Assembly: GCA_007571365.1 (NCBI GenBank)
Contig: RKRN01000058.1
Coordinates: 3,842 to 67,841 of the forward strand
Length of the DNA: 64,000 nt
Origin: Candidatus Latescibacterota bacterium
GTDB taxonomy: Bacteria; Latescibacterota; UBA2968; UBA8231
Reading direction: 5' to 3'
Shown: piece by piece, positions 55,744-64,000 of the stretch
Numbering within the stretch: the stretch's first letter is position 1
Layout: every line of letters begins with the position of its first letter
Program-made: the position numbers and the translations under genes
Notes under the pieces: model-generated
What the model saw: the letters and a program-made list of their open reading frames with translations, nothing else
The model's database searches: none
Told to the model about the DNA's origin: nothing

Positions 55744-58686
55744 ATGCTCTATATCGCACTTAATAGGTGCCGCAGAATTTGTGCCTATGGCCCTGCTTTT
55801 TTGCTAGCGCTCAGCTTGGGATGTGCTACGCAGCCCGAACCTGCGGCCAAGGTGGAGACTACGGCCGTGTATTTCGAGGATGTGGGGCAAACCTCGGGGT
55901 TGGACTTTGAGAATGTGTCGGGCGGTCCCGAACAGGGCTACATACTGGAGACTATATCGGCGGGCGTGGCTTTTTTTGATGGCGACGGCGACGGTTATCT
56001 GGACATTTTTTTCGCCAACGGTACGCGCCTAGCAGGCGAGCCGGTCGGCCCCCACAGCCGGCTCTATCGCAGCCGTGAAGGGCCAACAGGCGAGCGCGTC
56101 TTTGTGGAGATAAGTCAGCAGGCCGGCGTCGATTACAGCGGCTGGGGTATGGGCTGTGCGGTGGGCGATTACGACAACGATGGCGACGGCGACCTCTACG
56201 CTACGTACTGGGGCCCCAACAGACTCTACCGCAACGAAGGCGCCGCCCGCTTTAACCAACTCGCCGACGTGGCGGGGGTAGATGACGAGGGCTGGGGCAC
56301 CAGTGCCGCCTTCGGCGACTTAGACCAAGACGGTTTGCTCGATCTCTACGTGGTCAATTATCTGGCGTTTGATTTGGAAAATCCACCCGTTGGCTGGAAA
56401 AAGTGCCTCTACAAGGGGCTCGAGAGCTTTTGTGGGCCCCAAGGGATGACGGCGCAAACAGATCGCCTGTACCGCAATGCAGGCGAGGGGCACTTTGAGG
56501 ACCGGAGCGAAGCTCTGGGGGCCGCTCGGCCCCGGCCGGGATTGGGCGTTGTTTTTGGGGATTACGACAGCGACGGAGACGCCGATATCTATGTAGCCAA
56601 TGACTCGGAAGCCAACGTTCTCTATCGGAACGATGGCAGCTGGCGCCTAGTCGATACGGCCATCCCGATGGGGGTAGGCTTTAGCCAAGGCGGGCGGGCG
56701 CAAGCCGGCATGGGCGTCCACAGCGGAGACTACGACAACGACGGCGATCTGGATCTGTACGTGACCAATTTTTCGGACGATGTTAATACGCTGTACCGGA
56801 ATAGGGGAAACGGTGCCTTTGTAGATGCCACCTATGAAGTGGGATTGGGTGGTACAGTGCTGCCCTACTTGGGCTGGAGCACGGGTTTTTTCGACTACGA
56901 CAACGATGGCTGGCAAGATGTGTTTGTGGTCAATGGGCACGTCTATCCCCAGCTAAATCAATACGCGACCGGCCTGCGCTACGCCCAGCGCAATCTGCTC
57001 TATCAAAACAGACGGGGGCACTTTGTCGAAGTGGGGGCGCAAGCCGGTCCGGGATGGCAGCTCGAACAGGTGAGTCGGGGCGGGGCCGTAGGGGACTACG
57101 ACAACGATGGCGATCCAGATTTGCTGGTGACCAATCTCAACGGCCGGCCGGCACTCTTGCGCAACGACGGCGGTAATGCGCCCAACTGGCTGGGCTTAAA
57201 ACTGGTGGGCGTGCAGAGTAACAAGGACGCCATCGGCGCCCGGGTGCGGGTGTGGGCAGGCGATCTGGTGCAAACCAAGGAAGTGCAGCGCGGGTACGGT
57301 TTTCAGAGTCAGCACGATGAGCGCCTGTTATTTGGTTTGGGGCGAGCGCAGCGTGTGGACCAAGTGGAGATTCGTTGGCCTTCGGGCCTAAAACAGGTGC
57401 TGCGCCAGCCGCCGTTGCGCCGCTATTTGATCGTCCGTGAAGGCCGTGATCAGATAGCGGCTGGCAAGGAAGTGCCGGCCGGGGCGGCCGGGGCGAGCGC
57501 AGCGGCTTCGCAAGTCAGCGCGTCCGAGGTCGTAGCACCGGTCGCGGGGGCAGCGGCTTGGGGGCCGGCCGAGTATCACCGCTCCAGCGAGACCCTTTTC
57601 AAACAGGGCCGCTATCGCGAAGCACGGGCGATGTTGCAAAAAGCCTTGGCACTAGATTCGCAGTATATCCCGGCCTATATCAACTTGGGCTTGGTGCTCT
57701 CGTCCGGCTTGGGCGAATTTGAGGCGGCGCGTCAGGTGCTGGAACAAGCCGTGCAGCTAAAACCGACGCGAGCCGATGCGCACCATTTGCTGGGCAAGAT
57801 CTACTTGCAGCAGCAGCGGCGGCCCGAGGCCATCAAGGCGCTCGCACAGGCGGCCCGGCTGCAACCCCAGGCTGGGGAGTATGCCCTCTGGTTAGGGCTG
57901 GCTTACCTGCAGGCTGATAGCCTAGCGGCCGCGGCGGCCACTTTTAGAAACGCGGTGCGGCTTGCTCCCTGGGATCCCAAACCGCATTTGCAGCTAGCCC
58001 AGTTGTACGCAAGCAAGGGACAGCACGAACAGGCGGCCAAAGAGCAGGCGCTGTTTGAGCGTTTGAGTCTAGGGCAGAATCGGGTAGAGCTCTATGAGAA
58101 AAAAGTCGCCGATTATCCAGAGAATGCCCGGGCGCATTATCTGTTGGGCTTGACCTATGTCGAGCAGGGGCGCTGGGCACTGGGATTGCAGTTTTTTGAA
58201 CGCGCTATTGCCCTAGATCCTTCCCATGCCCCGGCCTTTCACGGCAAGGGGCGGATACTGTACCAGCGCAACCAAGTAGCACCGGCCATCCGCGCCTACC
58301 AACGGGCCTGCCAACTAGATCCGCAGCTTTACGATGCCTTTAACGATCTGGGTCAAGCCTACCACCAAAGTGGTCGCTACGACCGGGCCATAGCCGCCTA
58401 CCGGCGCGCCTTGGCGATCAAACCGGCACTGGCACTGGTCCACAGCAATCTGGGCATGGCCTATGCCATGCAGGGCAATCTCGCCGCGGCCACGGCATCG
58501 TTTAAGCGCAGTGTTGCGCTGGATCCCGAGGCCGCGGATACAAGGGATGCGCTGGCGCAAGTCTATGCGGCCCAGAAAAATTGGTCGCAAGCGATAGCTG
58601 AATGGGAAGCTGTATTGCACTTGGTGCCCGGCCACGCTGGCGCAGCCCAGGGAATCGGCCGGGCGCGTCAGCGGCTAGCAGAGTAG
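55744..58686 (+). CDS. CRTAC1/ASPIC-UnbV family protein (FG-GAP/VCBS repeats) with C-terminal TPR array; putative lipoprotein
   Basis: Repeated GDYDNDGDxDLY motifs, the ASPIC/UnbV segment VDQVEIRWPSG, and about 10 TPR units. Signal ends LALSLGC. Confidence 0.85.
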   Translation: MLYIALNRCRRICAYGPAFLLALSLGCATQPEPAAKVETTAVYFEDVGQTSGLDFENVSGGPEQGYILETISAGVAFFDGDGDGYLDIFFANGTRLAGEPVGPHSRLYRSREGPTGERVFVEISQQAGVDYSGWGMGCAVGDYDNDGDGDLYATYWGPNRLYRNEGAARFNQLADVAGVDDEGWGTSAAFGDLDQDGLLDLYVVNYLAFDLENPPVGWKKCLYKGLESFCGPQGMTAQTDRLYRNAGEGHFEDRSEALGAARPRPGLGVVFGDYDSDGDADIYVANDSEANVLYRNDGSWRLVDTAIPMGVGFSQGGRAQAGMGVHSGDYDNDGDLDLYVTNFSDDVNTLYRNRGNGAFVDATYEVGLGGTVLPYLGWSTGFFDYDNDGWQDVFVVNGHVYPQLNQYATGLRYAQRNLLYQNRRGHFVEVGAQAGPGWQLEQVSRGGAVGDYDNDGDPDLLVTNLNGRPALLRNDGGNAPNWLGLKLVGVQSNKDAIGARVRVWAGDLVQTKEVQRGYGFQSQHDERLLFGLGRAQRVDQVEIRWPSGLKQVLRQPPLRRYLIVREGRDQIAAGKEVPAGAAGASAAASQVSASEVVAPVAGAAAWGPAEYHRSSETLFKQGRYREARAMLQKALALDSQYIPAYINLGLVLSSGLGEFEAARQVLEQAVQLKPTRADAHHLLGKIYLQQQRRPEAIKALAQAARLQPQAGEYALWLGLAYLQADSLAAAAATFRNAVRLAPWDPKPHLQLAQLYASKGQHEQAAKEQALFERLSLGQNRVELYEKKVADYPENARAHYLLGLTYVEQGRWALGLQFFERAIALDPSHAPAFHGKGRILYQRNQVAPAIRAYQRACQLDPQLYDAFNDLGQAYHQSGRYDRAIAAYRRALAIKPALALVHSNLGMAYAMQGNLAAATASFKRSVALDPEAADTRDALAQVYAAQKNWSQAIAEWEAVLHLVPGHAGAAQGIGRARQRLAE

Positions 58687-58784
58687 GCACTCGACAATAC
58701 TCCCGCGCAAGAGAACGTCGCCCCGTGCCCCGACGCGGGGCGACCGGGCGCAAGCAACGCCAAGCGGAATGTTATGACCGTTTC

Positions 58785-59225
58785 TTAGCGTTGTGTACCG
58801 AGTTCCAAATTATTTTCGCGCAGGTCTTCCGTCGCCAGCGGTATTTTTTCAATGCCCACGCGCTTAGCCACCTCGAAGAGGTCCAGGAGGTACTTATGCG
58901 GGGTCTCCCGATCGGTCCGCACGACTAGCGTCAGGCTCCGGGTGCCTTCTTTTTCGCGCAAAAGAACCTGCTCCAGATTGTCCAAGGTCACCAGATGGCG
59001 GTTGATCTCCATGCGGCCGTCTTGCGTAATCGTCGCCACCAGTTTCTTCTCTTCGACGAGCTGCGCCTGTTGCGCTTCGGGCAATACCACCTGTAGGCTG
59101 TAGGGCTGCTTGAACACGGTGGTTACCATAAAGAAGATCAGCAGCAAAAACACGCAGTCGATCAGCGGCGTCATGTTCAACTCTTGTTCTTCGTACAGCG
59201 ATTTGCGCCTAGGCATAGGGCTCAT
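58785..59225 (-). CDS. exbD: ExbD/TolR family biopolymer transport protein
   Basis: LNMTPLIDCVFLLLIFFMVTT. Confidence 0.85.
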   Translation of the reverse strand: MSPMPRRKSLYEEQELNMTPLIDCVFLLLIFFMVTTVFKQPYSLQVVLPEAQQAQLVEEKKLVATITQDGRMEINRHLVTLDNLEQVLLREKEGTRSLTLVVRTDRETPHKYLLDLFEVAKRVGIEKIPLATEDLRENNLELGTQR

Positions 59226-59638
59226 TCCTCCCGTTCCCGCACAAAAGCGATGCCCTCAACCCCAACCTCTTTGGCCTTATCCACCACAAACACCACGTGT
59301 TTCTGGGCGCACTCGCCATCGGCCTGAATGATGATATTCTCATTATTGGCCTCTTCCATGGCCGCGACCAGCCGAGCCGCCAACGCCGCCGGCTGCACAT
59401 CCTCGCCCTTGATTTGAATTTTGCCATCGCGGTCTAGCAAGACGTTGATATCTTTTTTCTTTTCTTCGGTGGCTTCGCTTTGGGCCGGCATATCTACTTC
59501 TAGCCCTTTGGTGTGTAAAAACACCGTGGTTACCATGAAGAAGATCAACAGCAAAAACACACAGTCGATCAGCGGCGTCATATCCGGGCCGCCTTCGGCG
59601 AGAAAGCTCGCTGGCCGGTCTTTTCGGTGTCTGGCCAT
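59222..59638 (-). CDS. exbD: ExbD/TolR family biopolymer transport protein (second copy)
   Basis: DMTPLIDCVFLLLIFFMVTT. 4-nt overlap with the downstream exbD. Confidence 0.85.
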   Translation of the reverse strand: MARHRKDRPASFLAEGGPDMTPLIDCVFLLLIFFMVTTVFLHTKGLEVDMPAQSEATEEKKKDINVLLDRDGKIQIKGEDVQPAALAARLVAAMEEANNENIIIQADGECAQKHVVFVVDKAKEVGVEGIAFVREREE

Positions 59639-59650
59639 GAGGTTAACGCC

Positions 59651-60397
59651 TCACTCTGTCGTTCCGTATTGTTGGCGCTGCCCGGCCGTAATCAGCGCAT
59701 TGGCAAACGCATGCCCATACATCTCGGCGTCTTCGAGTAAATGGTCTGCTTGGCGCGCCAGATAGCGATATACTACAATCGTTGGAATGGCGACAATCAG
59801 CCCGGACGCGGTCGTGACCAAGGCTTGGGAAATCCCGCCGGCCACCACTTTGGGGTCGCCGGCCCCGGCGGTGGCGATGGATTCAAAGGCGATGATCATG
59901 CCCATAATGGTGCCGAGCAAGCCCAACAAAGGGCTGATATTGCCGATGGTGTTCAAGATCGCCAGATTTTTGCCCAGATAGGCCCGGGCGGCGACCTCGG
60001 TCTGAAGGACTAACTCGTCTTTGAGGTCGGCTAGTTGCCGCTGCATCACCATAAACCGGCTGACTTGTTGCCCGCCGCCGGCCTCCGCCAAGCGGATGAT
60101 CTCCTCGTTGGTCGCTTTGAATTCCCGCTGTTCGATCATCAGCGTATCGTAGCGCTTCAGCAGCGAAGCAAACACGTAATTGAGCAAGCCCCGGCCTTGG
60201 TTGCACTCTTCCACCACGGCCTGTTTGCCGCCGTTGCGCAGCGCATTTTCGAGCCGGTCTAGCTCGGTTTGCGCTTCCTCGGGCGTGGGCAACTGCTTGA
60301 AAATCCACAGGCGTTCAATCGAATAGGCCAAGGCCAGAATAGCGCAGGCGATTAGGGGCACCATCATTGGTCCGCCGCTTTGAATTATTTCCCACAT
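59651..60397 (-). CDS. exbB: MotA/TolQ/ExbB proton-channel family protein
   Basis: Three TM helices and LLGLLGTIMGMI...ALVTTASGL signature. Confidence 0.85.
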   Translation of the reverse strand: MWEIIQSGGPMMVPLIACAILALAYSIERLWIFKQLPTPEEAQTELDRLENALRNGGKQAVVEECNQGRGLLNYVFASLLKRYDTLMIEQREFKATNEEIIRLAEAGGGQQVSRFMVMQRQLADLKDELVLQTEVAARAYLGKNLAILNTIGNISPLLGLLGTIMGMIIAFESIATAGAGDPKVVAGGISQALVTTASGLIVAIPTIVVYRYLARQADHLLEDAEMYGHAFANALITAGQRQQYGTTE

Positions 60398-60430
60398 TGC
60401 TACTGCTCCTTGTTTGGCAAGAGAAGGGGG

Positions 60431-61354
60431 CTAGTTGTCTGCTTGGGCGTTTCTAGATAACCGCTGTCCTATCCGCAAACCAGTATTGATGACACCGAAT
60501 TTCTCGACTACCTCGGCCTTGCACAAATGCGGCCCGATAAGCTGATGCACCCGAACTAGCGCGATTCGCACTTCTTTATCGTACAGCGGCAGGACATCGC
60601 CGTACTCGACGCGATCCGAGATGCCGATGCCTAGATACACCTCGTCGGCTTCGACCGCGAGGACTTGGGCCTGTTCGCCGGAAAGGTCAATGGGGGGGCG
60701 CTCGGTCAGGCTCGTAATCATCTGGCTGCTGAGGTCTCTGAAGGCGACATCGACGAGCTGGCCAAAGGCCAATTCAAAAAAGCGCTCGGAACCGAAGGCG
60801 ACCTCGAAGAGTTCGCGGAACACCCGATCCTGTTGGCGCGGCCGGCCGAACAAATCGAGCCCATACGACTTTTCCGTGGAGTCTTTGAGCGTTTCAAAGG
60901 TCTCAACTAGTTCGCCGGTCGCTACTCTGATTAGCTGTACTTGGCTGAGATGGACCACTGAATGGTAGGATTTATAGCCGGCCAGATTGGGGTTTCCCAC
61001 AGTTACGCGGCGCATGCCTAGCTTCTCTACAGCCCCGGTAATGACCACATCGGCCTCTAAGAACTGCCCCAACCGCACGGCCCGGTCCAGGCCTTGGTAT
61101 TTTTTGAACCGTTTGTTCTGTTGAACGGCCGCGACTTCTTTGGTCGGAATGACAGAGACCGCGTCGTCTGCGTCTAGATAGCGACCTAGCAAATCGGGCA
61201 CATCCCTAGATAAGTGCCATTCGGCCTGAAAACCGGCTCGGTCTTCAAAATCGAGCAAGGCAAGGCGCAGGACCGGCAGCGGCCCCGCGGCCGCGACCGC
61301 CACGTCGAGCATTCCCGCCAAGCAATAAAAAAACAAAACGATTAGCGAACGCAC
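60431..61354 (-). CDS. Secreted protein of unknown function (CsgG/LpoB/TolB-N-like N-terminal pattern)
   Basis: Signal peptide, then LRLALLDFEDRAG...ADVVITGAVEKLG. GTG start. Confidence 0.6.
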   Translation of the reverse strand: MRSLIVLFFYCLAGMLDVAVAAAGPLPVLRLALLDFEDRAGFQAEWHLSRDVPDLLGRYLDADDAVSVIPTKEVAAVQQNKRFKKYQGLDRAVRLGQFLEADVVITGAVEKLGMRRVTVGNPNLAGYKSYHSVVHLSQVQLIRVATGELVETFETLKDSTEKSYGLDLFGRPRQQDRVFRELFEVAFGSERFFELAFGQLVDVAFRDLSSQMITSLTERPPIDLSGEQAQVLAVEADEVYLGIGISDRVEYGDVLPLYDKEVRIALVRVHQLIGPHLCKAEVVEKFGVINTGLRIGQRLSRNAQADN

Positions 61355-61362
61355 TGGGCTGG

Positions 61363-62127
61363 CTACCTGTCCACGGCCTCGGCTTGCCGCACTTTTTCGG
61401 TGGCGATCTCTTGCTCAAACTCGAGGGCGATGTCCACCGTTTCCAGCGGCTGGCCGGAGGCGTCGAATTTCAGGACAAAATTTTTGAGTACCAAGCGCAC
61501 TTGGCGCACTTCCTCGTTCAGCGGGTCGAAGGCGATGAGCCCCGCATACTTTTCTCCTTTGAACACCTTCTGGTTTTCTATGTAGGCCGTGCTACGCGCG
61601 TTGCCCATGCGCAGGTCAAAGCGGTAAAATTCGTTGCCGCTCTGCCCGCGAATGGCGCGGTAGTAACGCTCAAAACTTTTGTGCGGCGAAAAAGACGGCA
61701 GCCCATAGGAATGCAAGACCTCACCTTGATCGGTATAGAGCAACGCCTTGATCGGGTCGAGCAGGACTTTGGCGTAGATATCGTTGATAACCGTAACGCG
61801 AAAAACCGTAAAACGCTTGGGTCTGTAGCCCAACAGCGGATCGATCCAATCGCCGTAGGTATAGGGATTGGTCGAGAACGCCCCTTTGCTCGAATCCTCG
61901 GGCAACAGGGCATTCAATTGATCGTCCGTCATAGGTTCCACCTTGACGCGCAGCCCCTCTATGGCATAAGAGGCCGACCCGTCTGCGCCTACAACATACT
62001 GTTCCTGTGCGCCTTGGGCAGAACGGGGTATCAGTTCGTTTTTGTACAGAATGGTCGGCGGAATAAAAAAGCTACAGCCGGACGCAAATACCATTACTAT
62101 GAGCGTGATTCCCAAGTGCATGGCCAT
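61363..62127 (-). CDS. Lipoprotein of unknown function
   Basis: Lipobox VFASGC after a hydrophobic signal. Confidence 0.6.
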   Translation of the reverse strand: MAMHLGITLIVMVFASGCSFFIPPTILYKNELIPRSAQGAQEQYVVGADGSASYAIEGLRVKVEPMTDDQLNALLPEDSSKGAFSTNPYTYGDWIDPLLGYRPKRFTVFRVTVINDIYAKVLLDPIKALLYTDQGEVLHSYGLPSFSPHKSFERYYRAIRGQSGNEFYRFDLRMGNARSTAYIENQKVFKGEKYAGLIAFDPLNEEVRQVRLVLKNFVLKFDASGQPLETVDIALEFEQEIATEKVRQAEAVDR

Positions 62128-62136
62128 GTCCCTCTC

Positions 62137-63372
62137 TTATTGGCCCCGCTGGCTGAAAAAATCAATTTGCTGTTGGGCAATCGATCCTTCCTGCGTCAGG
62201 GCAAAAATAACGGCGTTGATGCCAAAGCGTAGCTGTGGTTCATTGCCGTAATTGCGCGCCCATGTATGGACATATCCCTTGTCCGAGTACATGGCTACTA
62301 GGCGATCGCCCAAGAAAACTCCCTCTAGATAATACGATTGCTCGGCGATGACTAAGTGATCTAGGCTGCGCTGTTCGGAAAAGCTGGGAATCTCCAGCTC
62401 GGAACCCACTGGCGGGCCGTCAAAATCGTAAAAGGCATGGTAGATCGGATGGTTGTTGGAAATAGGCCGCAGTTGGCCTTGGGCCCCCAAGGCACCGCGA
62501 AAGATGCGTCGCAAAGAGGCCTCACCCTGACTGAATTCGGTGGTGGGATTGGCATTATCGACGAAGATAAACCCGCCCTGCCGCAAGTATTCCCCCAGAT
62601 TCTCTAGCTCGCGTTCGGTCAGTTCAAAGGCCTCAGTAGCGGTGATGTACACAAAAGGCGTGCGAAACAATTCTTGGGAATCGATAAATAAATGAGCATC
62701 TACTCGGGCCGAGACGCCCGTCTGTTGGTTGAGGGCGTCGACTAGGTTGGGGATGGCCTTGGCGGCACTGTCAAACGTTGGCTTTAGGTCGTTTGCCCAA
62801 GCCGTACCCAGATAGACGAATCCCTTAACTTTGCGGCGGTCGGTCGGGTCTTGGATGATAAGCCCTTTGTACTTGCCCGTATCCAGCGCGTTCAAGTCGA
62901 TCAATTCCTCGCGCATGGCAATGCGCTTTTCCGGCTCTTTGGTGCCGGTGATCTTGGCGGCCGACAATTCAATGGTGCTCGTCTGCAGGTTGATTGGCAC
63001 GTCCGTTTGCAGGGCGTATTCAAACGTCTGTACATTGCCAAAAACACTGGAGCTTTTAAGGCGCGGAGCCGCCGGCGTAGAAAGCCGCGGCTTGAGGGCC
63101 GTGACCTGTTTGGTGAGAGCCCGCGGCCGGAGCCGTTGACGCTTGAGCGCAAACGTCTTGGTCGCCCTAGGTTTGCGGATGATGAGTCGGGTCAACGCCG
63201 GTTCCGGCGCGGTGCGCTCTTCGACACTCCATATCCAATAGACGAAGATCCCGGCAATCAGGCCCGCCCCAATGAGCAACCCCCAGACGGTGTACTTGAG
63301 GGTTTCCCGCCGGAGGCGGTTGACGTTTAGCTGATCGCTTGGTGCTTGAAAACGGCCTTGGTCTAAGACCAT
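62137..63372 (-). CDS. DUF4159 domain protein with N-terminal TM anchor
   Basis: YLRQGGFIFVDN and PIYHAFYDF motifs. Confidence 0.7.
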   Translation of the reverse strand: MVLDQGRFQAPSDQLNVNRLRRETLKYTVWGLLIGAGLIAGIFVYWIWSVEERTAPEPALTRLIIRKPRATKTFALKRQRLRPRALTKQVTALKPRLSTPAAPRLKSSSVFGNVQTFEYALQTDVPINLQTSTIELSAAKITGTKEPEKRIAMREELIDLNALDTGKYKGLIIQDPTDRRKVKGFVYLGTAWANDLKPTFDSAAKAIPNLVDALNQQTGVSARVDAHLFIDSQELFRTPFVYITATEAFELTERELENLGEYLRQGGFIFVDNANPTTEFSQGEASLRRIFRGALGAQGQLRPISNNHPIYHAFYDFDGPPVGSELEIPSFSEQRSLDHLVIAEQSYYLEGVFLGDRLVAMYSDKGYVHTWARNYGNEPQLRFGINAVIFALTQEGSIAQQQIDFFSQRGQ

Positions 63373-63410
63373 ATTAGGCCACTCCTGCTGAGTTCATGAT
63401 CGGCGGCAGG

Positions 63411-63782
63411 CTAAAAAACCGCCAACGTATCTACGGCCGAACGCGGGCCGAAAAACAGGCGGGCATCCACGGCCCACACCTCGATCAGATACCATACTCC
63501 CGGACTCAGCTCTAGGCTCGTCTCTTCGTAGGACCTAGCCCCGGCATCCTCCAACGAGCGCGTTTGCACGACGCCAGCCGAGTCGGTGAAGCTGACGACA
63601 AAACCGGACACATTGGCGGCTGAATCCAAGTGCCATGAAACCACAATCCCGCCTGCTTCGGCCACGGCCTCCACGCGAGTAGGCTGAGCGAGATAGCCTT
63701 GGTGGTACTGCACAGGCAGTTCAGTATGGTTGCTGCAACCCCAGATCAGTAAGCCGAGTACGAGATAAATGCGCGTCCCCAT
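63411..63782 (-). CDS. Small lipoprotein with an FN3-like beta domain
   Basis: MGTRIYLVLGLLIWGCS signal from ATG 63782. GIVVSWHLD...GFVVSF...YLIEVWAVD. Confidence 0.55.
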   Translation of the reverse strand: MGTRIYLVLGLLIWGCSNHTELPVQYHQGYLAQPTRVEAVAEAGGIVVSWHLDSAANVSGFVVSFTDSAGVVQTRSLEDAGARSYEETSLELSPGVWYLIEVWAVDARLFFGPRSAVDTLAVF

Positions 63783-63807
63783 ATCCAGTTTCTCCCTAGA
63801 CCAGACG

Positions 63808-64000
63808 CTAAAGCCGAGCAATCAGCAAAGCACCAAGTGAACTCGGCAAGGGTGCCAAGCGCATGCGCCGCTTGGCCGCCGGAGCCGCCCCGTCCCACAG
63901 TAGGACATCGAGCAAATTGTACCCATAAATACTCACGGCTAGGACGCCGAACAAGCGACGACGAATGTGGGAGCCGTCCAGAGCGGATTTTAAGTTGCCG
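63808..64000 (-). CDS. 3' end of a gene that continues beyond the window (hydrophobic C-terminus)
   Basis: Hand translation is open from the window edge to TAG at 63808..63810 (..RRLFGVLAVSIYGYNLLDVLLWDG..). Not in the ORF track because there is no start inside the window. Confidence 0.3.
   Translation of the reverse strand, partial: GNLKSALDGSHIRRRLFGVLAVSIYGYNLLDVLLWDGAAPAAKRRMRLAPLPSSLGALLIARL

Overview
A 64-kb, GC-rich (about 60-65% by eye) chromosomal segment from a diderm environmental bacterium. Diderm status is inferred from ExbB/ExbD and lipoprotein signals. I cannot assign a lineage. About 55 credible genes and one tRNA-Val(GAC) are present. There is no rRNA, no CRISPR array, and no recognisable integrase, transposase or recombinase. 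All product calls come from motif recognition by eye, with no database searches. Core content includes: a translationally coupled envelope-glycan trio (DUF2723-type TPR glycosyltransferase, GT2, DUF1343/NamZ); an acyl-CoA ligase; an in-frame tandem UvrA-UvrA fusion of 1889 aa; several Gfo/Idh/MocA and xylose-isomerase-like enzymes; ThpR; a THUMP methyltransferase; SppA; TsaC; SelB; a CRTAC1/ASPIC-like TPR lipoprotein; and an ExbB-ExbD-ExbD operon fused to four unknown envelope genes. Accessory content is concentrated at 26.4-44.2 kb. It comprises a type IIG-like restriction-modification gene followed by a string of small cassettes: DUF2188, HicAB, a 2-TM protein, a MazEF-like pair, and an ABC-ATPase plus small TOPRIM-like pair. 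It also contains an AT-rich membrane-protein insert, an orphan Dcm methyltransferase next to a SNF2-SWIM helicase, and two toxin-antitoxin loci with a truncated toxin and an intact antitoxin. The most unusual signal is structural. Nearly every accessory insert is bracketed by diverged direct copies of the end or promoter of the adjacent resident gene. The 3' end of the type IIG gene is reiterated four times, each copy preceding a different cassette. A TA-flanked MITE-like family (TIR ACTGAYGTTACGCAG) and a REP-like hairpin are also present.
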